Below are positions 48,727 to 58,302 of a DNA stretch of 64,000 nucleotides, piece after piece. A program made the translations under genes and the position numbers. Within the stretch, counting starts at the first letter, position 1; each line of letters opens with the position of its first letter. The DNA comes from Halanaerobiales bacterium (lineage in GTDB: Bacteria > Bacillota > Halanaerobiia > Halanaerobiales > M55B127), in the NCBI GenBank assembly GCA_018399995.1, contig JAGYMU010000003.1, positions 2,873-66,872 of the forward strand, given 5' to 3'. The notes under the pieces are model-generated. The model did not search any database. It was not told the DNA's origin and saw only the letters and a program-made list of their open reading frames with translations.

Positions 48727-49899
48727 ATGAATTTCATAATAAAAAACGCAGAGGTATATTCTCCTGCTTATTTAGGTAAAAAAGATATAATGATTATCGG
48801 AGATAAAATAATAAAAATTCAGGATGAAATCACGATCAATAATAATTTAAATTTTTTAAATTTTCAGCTAATTGATGGAAGCCATAAATATATAGTTCCA
48901 GGTTTTATTGACAGTCATGAACATTTTCTGGGTGGAGGCGGTGAAGGTGGTTTTCATACCCGCACTCCTGAAATTCAACTGACAGATATAACAAAAGGTG
49001 GTGTTACAACGGCTATTGGTTGTCTGGGCACAGATAGTGTGGCTAGAAATTTAAGGGCTCTTTTGGCTAAAACTCGCGCCTTAGAAGAAGAAGGAATTAC
49101 TACATATATGTATACCGGTTCCTATAGAATACCTGTAGACACTATTACAGAAGGAATAAGAGAAGATATAATGATTATTGATAAGGTTATAGGGGTTGGT
49201 GAAATTGCTTTAGAAGACCACAGGTCTTCACAGCCGTGCTATGAAGAGTTTAACAAAGTTGTCGCAGAGGCTAATATAGGTGGTATGCTGGCGGGTAAAG
49301 CTGGTGTGGTTGATGTACATATGGGTAAAGGCAAAAATGGCTTAGAGTATCTTTATAGGATAATTGAAGAGGGAATACTGTCAGTTAAGAACATTTTACC
49401 CACCCATATTAATCGTAACCAAAATCTGTTAGACCAGGGTAAAGATTATACTAAAACAGGGGGTTTTATTGATTTAACGACAAGTTCTTCTAAAGTAAAA
49501 AGCCAAGAAAATCAGTGTGCAGCATCTCTTAAGTATTTATTAGAAGAGGATGTGCCTATCGATAATATCACATTTAGCTCAGATGCTCAGGGGAGTTTAC
49601 CCAAATTTGATAAAAACGGAAATATGATAGGCATGAAAATTGGTCAGGTCAGTTCCCTATATGCTGCTGTGAGAAGTGCGGTCCTCAATTATGGTATTGA
49701 TTTAGAATCTGCTTTAAAGGTTATTACTAAAAATCCAGCTCAGATATTTAAATTAAAAAACAAAGGAAGGGTAAAAGAAAATAATGAGGCTGACTTAGTT
49801 ATCTTAAATAGAGATGATCTGTTAATAGAAAGTGTAATTGCGCGTGGCAAAGTGATGATTAAAAATAAAGAGGCGGTAGTTGAAGGTACCTTTGAATAG
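48727..49899 (+). CDS. iadA: Isoaspartyl (beta-aspartyl) dipeptidase
   Basis: GFIDSHEHFLGGGGEGGFHTRTPE resembles the IadA signature (HVH..GGGGE.G..TRTPE), within an amidohydrolase fold. Confidence 0.8.
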   Translation: MNFIIKNAEVYSPAYLGKKDIMIIGDKIIKIQDEITINNNLNFLNFQLIDGSHKYIVPGFIDSHEHFLGGGGEGGFHTRTPEIQLTDITKGGVTTAIGCLGTDSVARNLRALLAKTRALEEEGITTYMYTGSYRIPVDTITEGIREDIMIIDKVIGVGEIALEDHRSSQPCYEEFNKVVAEANIGGMLAGKAGVVDVHMGKGKNGLEYLYRIIEEGILSVKNILPTHINRNQNLLDQGKDYTKTGGFIDLTTSSSKVKSQENQCAASLKYLLEEDVPIDNITFSSDAQGSLPKFDKNGNMIGMKIGQVSSLYAAVRSAVLNYGIDLESALKVITKNPAQIFKLKNKGRVKENNEADLVILNRDDLLIESVIARGKVMIKNKEAVVEGTFE

Positions 49900-49913
49900 G
49901 GAGGCAGAACAAA

Positions 49914-50846
49914 ATGTCTAATAGAAAAAAATACTGGACAAATAAGATAATTAGAACTATTATTACTGCTATTGGAGTTACCCTAATTGCTTTTCTAATC
50001 TTACATTTAACACCGGGAGATCCGGCTCGGATTATGTTGGGCTCTTATGCTAGTGAAGAAAACTTGGAAGCTGTTAGGGAGAAATATAATTTAAATGAAC
50101 CACTTCACATCCAATATTGGGCCTGGGTATCCAGTCTTGCAAAAGGTGATTTGGGTACTTCAATCCGCTATAATAGATCGGTTAATACATTGATAAAAAA
50201 TAGGATAGGTCCTACTTTAGTCTTAACTCTAACTGGTTTGATTATTTCTGTGGTACTGGGAGTGGTGATGGGTATTCTAGCTGCCCTTAAGCGTAATAGC
50301 TGGCTGGATTATCTAACAACTGTTCAAGCCATATTTTGGATTTCAATACCATCTTTTTGGCTGGGTATTTTATTTTTATATATTTTTGGTTTACAATTAA
50401 GATGGGTACCAATAGCAGGAATGGTGAGTTATACATCTGTAATTTTGCCAGCTCTAAGCCTGGGGTTGCGTCAGGAAGCCTGGTTTGCACGACCGATGAG
50501 GGCTGAAATGCTGGAAGTTTTAAATCAGGAATATATTAGAGCTGCTAAGGCTAAAGGATTAAAATATTACATAGTTGTTACTAAACATGCTTTAAGAAAT
50601 GCCCTTATACCTATCATTACCATGCTTGCTCTACGCTTGCCCTGGATAATTGGTGGCTCAGTGGTTATAGAGGTAGTTTTTTCCTGGGGAGGAATCGGTT
50701 CTCTGCTTGTTAACAGTGTTAAGGCAAGGGATTATCCTGTAGTTCAGGCCATTTTACTTTTAATTTCTATAGCGGTTGTTTTAGCCAACCTTTTTGCTGA
50801 TATTATATATACCTGGGTAGATCCCCGCATAAGAACGGAGGGATGA
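49914..50846 (+). CDS. Peptide/nickel ABC transporter permease (DppB/OppB-like)
   Basis: BPD_transp_1 pattern (EYIRAAKAKGL) and six TM segments. Confidence 0.9.
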   Translation: MSNRKKYWTNKIIRTIITAIGVTLIAFLILHLTPGDPARIMLGSYASEENLEAVREKYNLNEPLHIQYWAWVSSLAKGDLGTSIRYNRSVNTLIKNRIGPTLVLTLTGLIISVVLGVVMGILAALKRNSWLDYLTTVQAIFWISIPSFWLGILFLYIFGLQLRWVPIAGMVSYTSVILPALSLGLRQEAWFARPMRAEMLEVLNQEYIRAAKAKGLKYYIVVTKHALRNALIPIITMLALRLPWIIGGSVVIEVVFSWGGIGSLLVNSVKARDYPVVQAILLLISIAVVLANLFADIIYTWVDPRIRTEG

Positions 50847-51748
50847 GATTGAGTGAAGTCAATGTAGAAGAAATCAAGATGGAACTAGCCAATTTGAAAA
50901 ACAAAAAGTCCAGCCAGCTCAGTCTGGTCTGGAAGAGATTTAAGAGCAATCGACTTGCTCTGCTTGGTTTTGTATTTGTTATGATAATAATATTTATAGC
51001 CATATTTGCTCCTTTTTTAACCCCATATAAACCGTATGCTACTGATCCCAGCAACAGGTTAATGGGACCTTCTCGCACACATTTATTAGGAACAGATTCT
51101 CTGGGTAGAGATGTTTTAACCAGATTATTTTATGGGTCACGTATAGCCCTACAAATTGGAGTATTAATAATTTTATTTGAGGGCTTTATTGGAATTATGA
51201 TGGGGGTTTTATCAGGCTTTTTTGGAGGCATTATCGACAGTATTATTATGAGACTTGTTGATATTTTAAGATCTTTTCCGGTAATTATACTGGCCATGGC
51301 AATTGCGGGAATAATGGGGCAGGGAATATATAATGTTGTTATTGCCCTGGGGATAGTAGGTTGGACTACCTATGCCAGGATGGTAAGGAGCAAAATACTA
51401 TCTATTAAAGAGGCTGATTATATAGAGGCAGGTTACTCGATTGGAGAAAGTACTTATTCAATTATTACAAGATATATTGTGCCTAATGCTATACCAACTG
51501 CAATAGTTATGATCAGTATTATGATGCCTACAGCTTTAATTGCTTCTGCTACACTGAGTTTTCTCGGTTTAGGTGTACAGCCACCAATTCCTTCCTGGGG
51601 GTCAATGGTTGCAGCCGGTAGGAATTATCTTCTGCAAGCACCCTGGATTTCCACTTCAGCAGGCTTTTTTATCATGTTTACTGTTTTAGGATTTAACTTT
51701 ATCGGAGATGGTTTAAGAGATGCACTTGATCCAACCACAAAACATTAA
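50843..51748 (+). CDS. Peptide/nickel ABC transporter permease (DppC/OppC-like)
   Basis: N-terminal OppC-type segment, EADYIEAGYSIGES motif, and ATGA overlap with the upstream permease. Confidence 0.9.
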   Translation: MRLSEVNVEEIKMELANLKNKKSSQLSLVWKRFKSNRLALLGFVFVMIIIFIAIFAPFLTPYKPYATDPSNRLMGPSRTHLLGTDSLGRDVLTRLFYGSRIALQIGVLIILFEGFIGIMMGVLSGFFGGIIDSIIMRLVDILRSFPVIILAMAIAGIMGQGIYNVVIALGIVGWTTYARMVRSKILSIKEADYIEAGYSIGESTYSIITRYIVPNAIPTAIVMISIMMPTALIASATLSFLGLGVQPPIPSWGSMVAAGRNYLLQAPWISTSAGFFIMFTVLGFNFIGDGLRDALDPTTKH

Positions 51749-51768
51749 AAAGTTAAAGGAGATATATA

Positions 51769-52731
51769 ATGAGTGAATTACTCTATATTAAGGATTTGAA
51801 GGTATATTTCAATACTGAAGAAGGTGTGGTAAAAGCCCTGGCAGGAGTAAACTTTGAGATAGTAAAAGGTAGTTTCCACGGTTTAATCGGTGAAACTGGT
51901 TGTGGTAAAAGTGTTACAGGTCTTTCTATCTTAAAACTGCTGGATAATAATGCCTTAATTGAAGGTGGCGAGATTATATATAAAGATGAAAATTTATTAG
52001 ATAAAACGGAAAAACAGATGCAGAAAGATTTTAGAGGAAATGAAATAGCAATGATCTTTCAAGATCCCGGTTCTTCTTTAAATCCTGTCTTTACAATCCA
52101 GGACCAGATTCAAGAATCAGTTAAGATGTATAAGAAGGCATCTAAACAGGAATATAGAAATATAGTAATAGAAGAACTTAAAAAGGTAAAATTGCCTGAT
52201 GTAGAAGGCCTTTTAGATAAATATCCTCATCAGTTAAGTGGGGGCATGAAGCAGAGGGTTATGATAGCAATGATGCTGGCCTGCAATCCCAATCTTTTAA
52301 TAGCAGATGAACCCACAACTGCATTAGATGTTTCAATTCAAGCTCAGTTTTTGCAGGTTTTGAAAAATTTAAAAGATAAATTCGATATGACCGTTTTATA
52401 TATCACCCATGATTTGGCAGTAGTTAGTGAGATTTGTGATTATGTATCAGTTATGTATGCAGGCAGGATTGTAGAAAATGTCCCGGTTAGAGAACTCTTC
52501 AAAAACCCTGTCCATCCTTATAGTTATAAGTTAGTTCATTCGGTTTTAGGTGTCAAAACATTTTTAGAAGATCTAGAAGAGATACCAGGTTCTGTACCAA
52601 GATTAATAGATCCACCTTCAGGATGTAGATTCCACCCTCGCTGTGAAGAAGCAATAGATATTTGCAAAACAAAGGTACCACAACTTAAAAAGATAGGTAA
52701 AAATCATTATGTAGCCTGTCATAGAAGGTGA
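51769..52731 (+). CDS. Peptide ABC transporter ATP-binding protein (DppD/OppD-like)
   Basis: GETGCGKS Walker A, LSGGMKQR signature, LIADEPTTALD Walker B, and a C-terminal oligopeptide Cys motif. Confidence 0.93.
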   Translation: MSELLYIKDLKVYFNTEEGVVKALAGVNFEIVKGSFHGLIGETGCGKSVTGLSILKLLDNNALIEGGEIIYKDENLLDKTEKQMQKDFRGNEIAMIFQDPGSSLNPVFTIQDQIQESVKMYKKASKQEYRNIVIEELKKVKLPDVEGLLDKYPHQLSGGMKQRVMIAMMLACNPNLLIADEPTTALDVSIQAQFLQVLKNLKDKFDMTVLYITHDLAVVSEICDYVSVMYAGRIVENVPVRELFKNPVHPYSYKLVHSVLGVKTFLEDLEEIPGSVPRLIDPPSGCRFHPRCEEAIDICKTKVPQLKKIGKNHYVACHRR

Positions 52732-53693
52732 TAAAATTGGCAAATACTATAATTGAAACCAAGGATTTAAAAAAATATTTTGATACACTCAAAGGCCCCT
52801 GCAAAGCTGTTAATAAAGTTAATTTAAGAATTAAACAGGGAGAGACATTTGGCCTGGTTGGAGAGTCGGGATGCGGCAAATCTACACTTGTACGCACAAT
52901 TTTAAAATTAATTGAACCCACTTCAGGACAAATCTTTTTAGATGGTGTAGATATTACTGATTATAAGAAAAAAAAGTTGATGGCATTGAGAAAAAAAATG
53001 TCACTTGTATTTCAGGATCCTCATTCTTCTTTAAATCCGAGGATGACAGTTTTTGATACCCTGTCAAGACCTCTAAAAATACATAACTTAACTAAAAATA
53101 ATGAAGAAACAATGATTGAAATTACAAAGTTACTGAAGTTAATGGGCATGCAGCCGGAACATATGATTAGATTCCCCCATGAATTAAGTGGAGGACAGAA
53201 ACAAAGAATTGGTATTGCGCGGGCTCTAGCAGTCAAACCTGAGCTAATATTTTTAGACGAACCAACTTCTGCTCTTGATGTATCGGTACAAACCAAAATA
53301 TTAAAGTTATTGAATAAAACAAAAAAGATCAGAGACCTCACTTATTTTTATATTTCACATGACATTAATTTAATCAGGGTTGTATCTGATCGTATTGGTG
53401 TGATGTATTTAGGTCAAATAGTTGAAATTGGGGAGGTTGATCTAATATATAATAATCCCATACACCCCTATACAAAAGGCTTATTCGCATCTGTACCTGA
53501 ACCTGATCCTGATAAGAAGATTAAAGGCGAGCCATTGAGCGGTGAGGTGCCCAGTCCTGTTAATCCACCCATGGGATGTAGTTTTGCACCACGATGTCCC
53601 TTTGTAGAGCCGAAATGTAGAGAGGAAAAACCAAAACTTAAACTACTTTCAGATGGAAGGAGGGTTGCCTGTCATAAGGATAACTTAAGATAA
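52728..53693 (+). CDS. Peptide ABC transporter ATP-binding protein (DppF/OppF-like)
   Basis: GESGCGKST, LSGGQKQR, FLDEPTSALD. Confidence 0.93.
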   Translation: MIKLANTIIETKDLKKYFDTLKGPCKAVNKVNLRIKQGETFGLVGESGCGKSTLVRTILKLIEPTSGQIFLDGVDITDYKKKKLMALRKKMSLVFQDPHSSLNPRMTVFDTLSRPLKIHNLTKNNEETMIEITKLLKLMGMQPEHMIRFPHELSGGQKQRIGIARALAVKPELIFLDEPTSALDVSVQTKILKLLNKTKKIRDLTYFYISHDINLIRVVSDRIGVMYLGQIVEIGEVDLIYNNPIHPYTKGLFASVPEPDPDKKIKGEPLSGEVPSPVNPPMGCSFAPRCPFVEPKCREEKPKLKLLSDGRRVACHKDNLR

Positions 53694-53731
53694 GAATAGC
53701 TTTTTTAAAAATCTAATTAGGAGGTTTTAAT

Positions 53732-55276
53732 GTGAAAAAGACTATTTCATTATTTTTAACATTTTCATTATTGATTGGTTTGATGATCTTTTCTGTAGTT
53801 GTCACAGCTCAGGAAGATGACACCGTTCATATTGCTATTCAAACTGAACCCTCTAAATTAAATCCCATTACCTATCAAGATACTGAAACAGACTTTGTAT
53901 TAAGTCAAATCTGTGATCCTCTAGTAGAGGTTTCAACTGAGGGTTCTTATACAGCAGAGGGAGCTATTATCGAAGATTATAGGATTGAAGAGGGTGGTAA
54001 GGTATATGTTTTTGAAATTAGAGAAGGGATTAAATTTCATAATGGAGAAGATCTGACAGGTGAAGATGTAAAATTCACATACGAATCCTTAAAAGATAAA
54101 GAACTTGCTTCACCACATAGAAGTTATTATGAAGGTATTGAAGATATAGTCTTAGTTGATGAATATACTGTGAAAGTTATCCTGGGAGATACAAATGTTA
54201 CATTTTTGACTAATGCCAGGTTACGTAATCATGTATTACCTAAGGATTATATTGAAGAAGTAGGTTGGGATGGGTATGAGAAACATCCTGTTGGTAGTGG
54301 GCCATATGAGTTTATCGAACATGATCCTGGTCAAAGGATAGTCCTGAAGAAATTTGAAGATTTTTGGGGAGAGAATGCAAAGATAGACAATCTAATATTT
54401 AGATTTTATCCAGAGACGACTTCAGCAGTTATGGCTTTACAGACCAAAGAAATAGACTTTATTGCAGAGATGCCGGCTGAAGTATTCGAAGATCTAAAAA
54501 GCAAAGAAGATGTGGGCTTAAAATTTGGCACATATAATAAATTTGAGGATCATAGGATTTGCTTCAATAAGCGCGAAGATAGTATATTTAGTGATGTACG
54601 CTTGCGGAAAGCAGTTGCTTATGCTGTCAATAGATATGAACTTATTGAGTTAACACGAGGAGATATGGCTGTACCGGCTGCTGGTAGGGTTCCCAGCTTC
54701 CATCCTGCTACTGCACCCAATGCTAATGCCTATGAAGAAAATCTTGAAAAAGCGCAAGAATTAATGGCAGAAGCAGGTTATCCTGATGGATTTAAGACAA
54801 AGATTTTTGCTCCTTCCGGTTATAGAGAAAGGGTTCTGGAAGTTCAGCAGATCCAGCAGCAGTTAGCAAGAATTAATATTGATCTGGAGGTTGTAACATT
54901 AGAATGGGGTACTTATCTAGATGTTACAGCAGATGGCCAGGCACCGATGTTTAGAGAAAGATGGTCAGCAGGTGTCCCTTCCCCTTATAGTTTTGTAGAA
55001 AACTGGCATTCTGAATCAGGATGGAATGCGATATTTGGTACTTATGAAAATGATGAGGTTGATGCTTTAATTGATTTAATCAAGGTCACCACAGATCAAG
55101 AAGAGAGATGGCAGTTATATAGAACCGTACAAAATCTAGCTATGGATGAAGTTGCCTGTTATCCATTATATTGGCCTGTAATAGGTGAAGCATATAATGA
55201 TGAAATTACCATTCCAGAAGATGTATGGAATGTCTTCAAAAGACCGATTTATAATGTTGATAAATGGCATTTTTAA
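53732..55276 (+). CDS. Family-5 peptide/nickel substrate-binding protein, secreted
   Basis: N-terminal signal/TM helix and SBP_bac_5-like length and motifs (GSGPYEF). Confidence 0.9.
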   Translation: MKKTISLFLTFSLLIGLMIFSVVVTAQEDDTVHIAIQTEPSKLNPITYQDTETDFVLSQICDPLVEVSTEGSYTAEGAIIEDYRIEEGGKVYVFEIREGIKFHNGEDLTGEDVKFTYESLKDKELASPHRSYYEGIEDIVLVDEYTVKVILGDTNVTFLTNARLRNHVLPKDYIEEVGWDGYEKHPVGSGPYEFIEHDPGQRIVLKKFEDFWGENAKIDNLIFRFYPETTSAVMALQTKEIDFIAEMPAEVFEDLKSKEDVGLKFGTYNKFEDHRICFNKREDSIFSDVRLRKAVAYAVNRYELIELTRGDMAVPAAGRVPSFHPATAPNANAYEENLEKAQELMAEAGYPDGFKTKIFAPSGYRERVLEVQQIQQQLARINIDLEVVTLEWGTYLDVTADGQAPMFRERWSAGVPSPYSFVENWHSESGWNAIFGTYENDEVDALIDLIKVTTDQEERWQLYRTVQNLAMDEVACYPLYWPVIGEAYNDEITIPEDVWNVFKRPIYNVDKWHF

Positions 55277-55306
55277 AGAAAAGATAACAGTTTAATTTTT
55301 TGATCA

Positions 55307-55335
55307 AAGGCAGCCCATTTGGGTTGCCTTTTTGC
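55307..55335 (+). terminator. Terminator of the sigma54-driven peptide operon
   Basis: AAGGCAGCCC-attt-GGGTTGCCTT followed by TTTT. Confidence 0.8.
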
Positions 55336-55383
55336 CTTTATTTATATTATAATGTAATAAGTAAAGGATTTCGAGGTGAAAAC

Positions 55384-56007
55384 ATGTACATAGATACGAT
55401 CAAAAAACGAATTAAAAACAGTATAATAAGACCATTAGGGGTAAAAGGTGAGTTTGCTGTTCTTTTGCCCTTAGTCAAATTAGAAGAAGAATTACATTTG
55501 ATTTATGAAGTGAGAGCAGAGGAGATGGGAACTCAACCAGGTGAAATATCCTTTCCGGGAGGACGCATTGAAGCTAATGAGACTGTAAGAGAAGCTGCCT
55601 TAAGAGAAACTGAAGAAGAGCTGGGTATAGACAGGTCAAATATAGAATTATTTGGTCAACTGGATTATCTAATCCCCGTCTTTAATATTGCTCTTTATCC
55701 CTTTTTAGCCAATATCAATGTACCGTCATTAAATGTATTAGATATTAATGAAGCTGAGGTTAAAGAGGTATTCAGTGTACCTCTCAATTTCTTTTTACAA
55801 AATGAGCCAGAAACCCATATAATAAACTGCAGATATGAAATAAATGATAATTTTCCTTACCATTTAATCCGTAATGGAGAAGATTATGATTGGCGAGATG
55901 GTCAATATCCCGTTCATTTTTATGAATATAATAATTATGTAATTTGGGGTATGACAGCCCGATTTACAAGAAACTTGATTGATAAAATTAAAAAAGAAAA
56001 CATTTAA
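55384..56007 (+). CDS. NUDIX hydrolase (CoA pyrophosphatase-like)
   Basis: Nudix box GGRIEANETVREAALRETEEELG. ATG 55384 is preferred, because the upstream ORF part covers the terminator. Confidence 0.8.
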   Translation: MYIDTIKKRIKNSIIRPLGVKGEFAVLLPLVKLEEELHLIYEVRAEEMGTQPGEISFPGGRIEANETVREAALRETEEELGIDRSNIELFGQLDYLIPVFNIALYPFLANINVPSLNVLDINEAEVKEVFSVPLNFFLQNEPETHIINCRYEINDNFPYHLIRNGEDYDWRDGQYPVHFYEYNNYVIWGMTARFTRNLIDKIKKENI

Positions 56008-56019
56008 AAGGAGGTTATT

Positions 56020-56424
56020 ATGGAAAAAAAGATTTATCGTTCCCAAAAAAACAAAGTTATTGGTGGGGTTTGTGGAGGTATTGGAGAGTATTTTGATATT
56101 GACCCCGTTCTTATCAGATTAATATTTATAATTTTATTTTTTTCTGCAGGAGTCGGTTTCTTAGGATACATTATAGCCTGGATTATCATACCAGAAAAGC
56201 CTTTGGATAAAGCAAATATAGAGGTTGAAAATGATGAGGAAACCATAAAAAGAAAAAAAGCAAAAAGAACTAAAGTGATAGGATATATCTTATTCGGGTT
56301 GGGTATCTTTTTCATTTTGAATTTATGGTTTAATATAAATTTAAAATTAAGCCCTGAATTTTTAGCTATTGCAATAATATTAATCGGTTTAATATTGATA
56401 TTTAAAAATAAGTCTAAGCCTTAA
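56020..56424 (+). CDS. PspC-domain membrane protein
   Basis: KIYRSQKNKVIGGVCGGIGEYFDIDPVLIRLIFII is a typical PspC domain. Confidence 0.85.
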   Translation: MEKKIYRSQKNKVIGGVCGGIGEYFDIDPVLIRLIFIILFFSAGVGFLGYIIAWIIIPEKPLDKANIEVENDEETIKRKKAKRTKVIGYILFGLGIFFILNLWFNINLKLSPEFLAIAIILIGLILIFKNKSKP

Positions 56425-56435
56425 TTCCACTAACT

Positions 56436-57833
56436 TTAATTTTGTGAGTATTCTGGGATTTCTTTTCTGTTCTTCATTTCTAGCTGAATTTTATTTAATG
56501 TTATTTTGAGCCAAATTACAGCTGGAATAATACTAATTACCTCAGAAACGGGGAAAGCATACCACAAATAACCTAGGCCATAAAAGCGTCCTAGCAAATA
56601 CATAAGGGGTAAGAGGATGACAATCTGTCTTAAAAATGACAAAAAGAGACTGGGTAGACCTCTACCTAATGCCTGAAATGTGGTAGAAACAATAATAGCA
56701 GGTCCGATTATAGGAAAGGCTATACTTATTTTTTTTAAAGCTTCTGAACCAATTCTTATTAATTCTGGATCATTATTAAAAAGAGCGACTAACTGGGATG
56801 GTATAGTTTGGAATAAGATAAATCCAGTCATTGTGAAAACAAAGCCAATCAATAAAGCTAATTTAATGGTTTTATGCACTCTTTCAGGATTATTGTGACC
56901 GTAGTTATAGCCTATTATGGGCATATAGCCCTGGTTTAAACCGAATACAGGCATAAAAATAAAAGACTGTAATCTAAAATAAATTCCTCCTGCTGCAATA
57001 GCCGTAGTAGTAAATGAGGCTAATATTCTATTCATACCTGATAACATTAGACTGGCTAATAGCTGCATAACCATAGCTGGAAAACCGACTTTATACACTT
57101 CTATTATCACACTAAAATCGAATTTAAATGTTTTAAGGTTTAACTTCAATTCATTTTTATCACTAAATAACATAATAACTAAAAACACACCACTTAACAG
57201 ACGTGCACTAACAGTAGCAACTGCAGCTCCCTGTATGCCCATCTGAGGGAAGAACCATAAGCCGAATATTAAAAATGGATCGAGGATAATATTAATGATT
57301 GCTCCAATTACCATCACAACCATCGGTATGAAGGTATTGCCTTCACCCCTTAGTATGTTGTTTGAAATCATAGGAAAGAAGAGGGCTAAAGAGCCCATTA
57401 AGATTATTGAGATATATTGAGTACCTAAATTAATTAAGTTGGGGTCATCTGTAAACAATAAGAATAACTTATCAGCAAAAAAGTAACCAACTGCTCCCAT
57501 AATAAGGCTGTAAAGCAGAGATATTATTATCACATGCTCAGCTGCATTGGCTGCTTTATTTTTATTTCCTTTGCCCAGCATTCTGGATATTAAGGAACTG
57601 GTCCCCACACCTGTTCCAACTGCAATAGCTATTATAATCATCTGGAGAGGAAAGCTTAAAGAGAGTGCTGATAATGGATCTGTCCCCAGGCGTCCTACAT
57701 ATATGCTGTCCACAACATTATATAAAGCTTGAATGAGCATCGCTATTATTGATGGGATTGATAGTCTAAATAAAAGGGGAAAAATTGGTTCAGTTCCCAA
57801 TCGTTTTGAACTGTGCTTTTGCAATATGATCAC
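56436..57833 (-). CDS. MATE family multidrug efflux transporter
   Basis: 12-TM profile and an N-terminal motif pattern (PSIIAMLIQALYNVVDSIYVGRLG) typical of NorM/MatE. Confidence 0.92.
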   Translation of the reverse strand: MIILQKHSSKRLGTEPIFPLLFRLSIPSIIAMLIQALYNVVDSIYVGRLGTDPLSALSLSFPLQMIIIAIAVGTGVGTSSLISRMLGKGNKNKAANAAEHVIIISLLYSLIMGAVGYFFADKLFLLFTDDPNLINLGTQYISIILMGSLALFFPMISNNILRGEGNTFIPMVVMVIGAIINIILDPFLIFGLWFFPQMGIQGAAVATVSARLLSGVFLVIMLFSDKNELKLNLKTFKFDFSVIIEVYKVGFPAMVMQLLASLMLSGMNRILASFTTTAIAAGGIYFRLQSFIFMPVFGLNQGYMPIIGYNYGHNNPERVHKTIKLALLIGFVFTMTGFILFQTIPSQLVALFNNDPELIRIGSEALKKISIAFPIIGPAIIVSTTFQALGRGLPSLFLSFLRQIVILLPLMYLLGRFYGLGYLWYAFPVSEVISIIPAVIWLKITLNKIQLEMKNRKEIPEYSQN

Positions 57834-57941
57834 CTCAGCTGATTTGTGTCAATCTGTATAAATGATATATTATTATAATTTTAATGTCAATTTTCTGTAA
57901 AGTTAAATAGTCTAAAATTATAGGAATAAGGAGAAATTAAG

Positions 57942-58280
57942 ATGAAAGAGAAAACAACTTTTGCAACCTTTGAAAAATTAGATATAAGGGTTGGCATAAT
58001 TAAAAAGGTTAAATCATTTCCTAAAGCCAAAAAACCTGCTTATAAACTCTGGGTTGATTTTGGCGAAAAAATAGGTATAAAAAAATCCAGTGCACAGATT
58101 ACAGAAAAATATACAAAAGATGAATTGGAGGGAAAAAAAGTAATAGCAGTTATTAATTTTCCTCCCTTACAGATCGCTGAATTTAAATCTGAAGTTTTAG
58201 TACTGGGTATTTATGCAAATGGGGGAGTTGTTTTATTAAGCCCTGATAAAGATACAAGATTAGGAGATAAAATTGGCTAA
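57942..58280 (+). CDS. csaA: tRNA-binding domain protein (CsaA-like)
   Basis: FEKLDIRVG...A.K....KL.VDFGE OB-fold tRNA_bind pattern, ~110 aa. Confidence 0.8.
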   Translation: MKEKTTFATFEKLDIRVGIIKKVKSFPKAKKPAYKLWVDFGEKIGIKKSSAQITEKYTKDELEGKKVIAVINFPPLQIAEFKSEVLVLGIYANGGVVLLSPDKDTRLGDKIG

Positions 58281-58302
58281 AAGGAAGGGAGATTTATACT
58301 AT

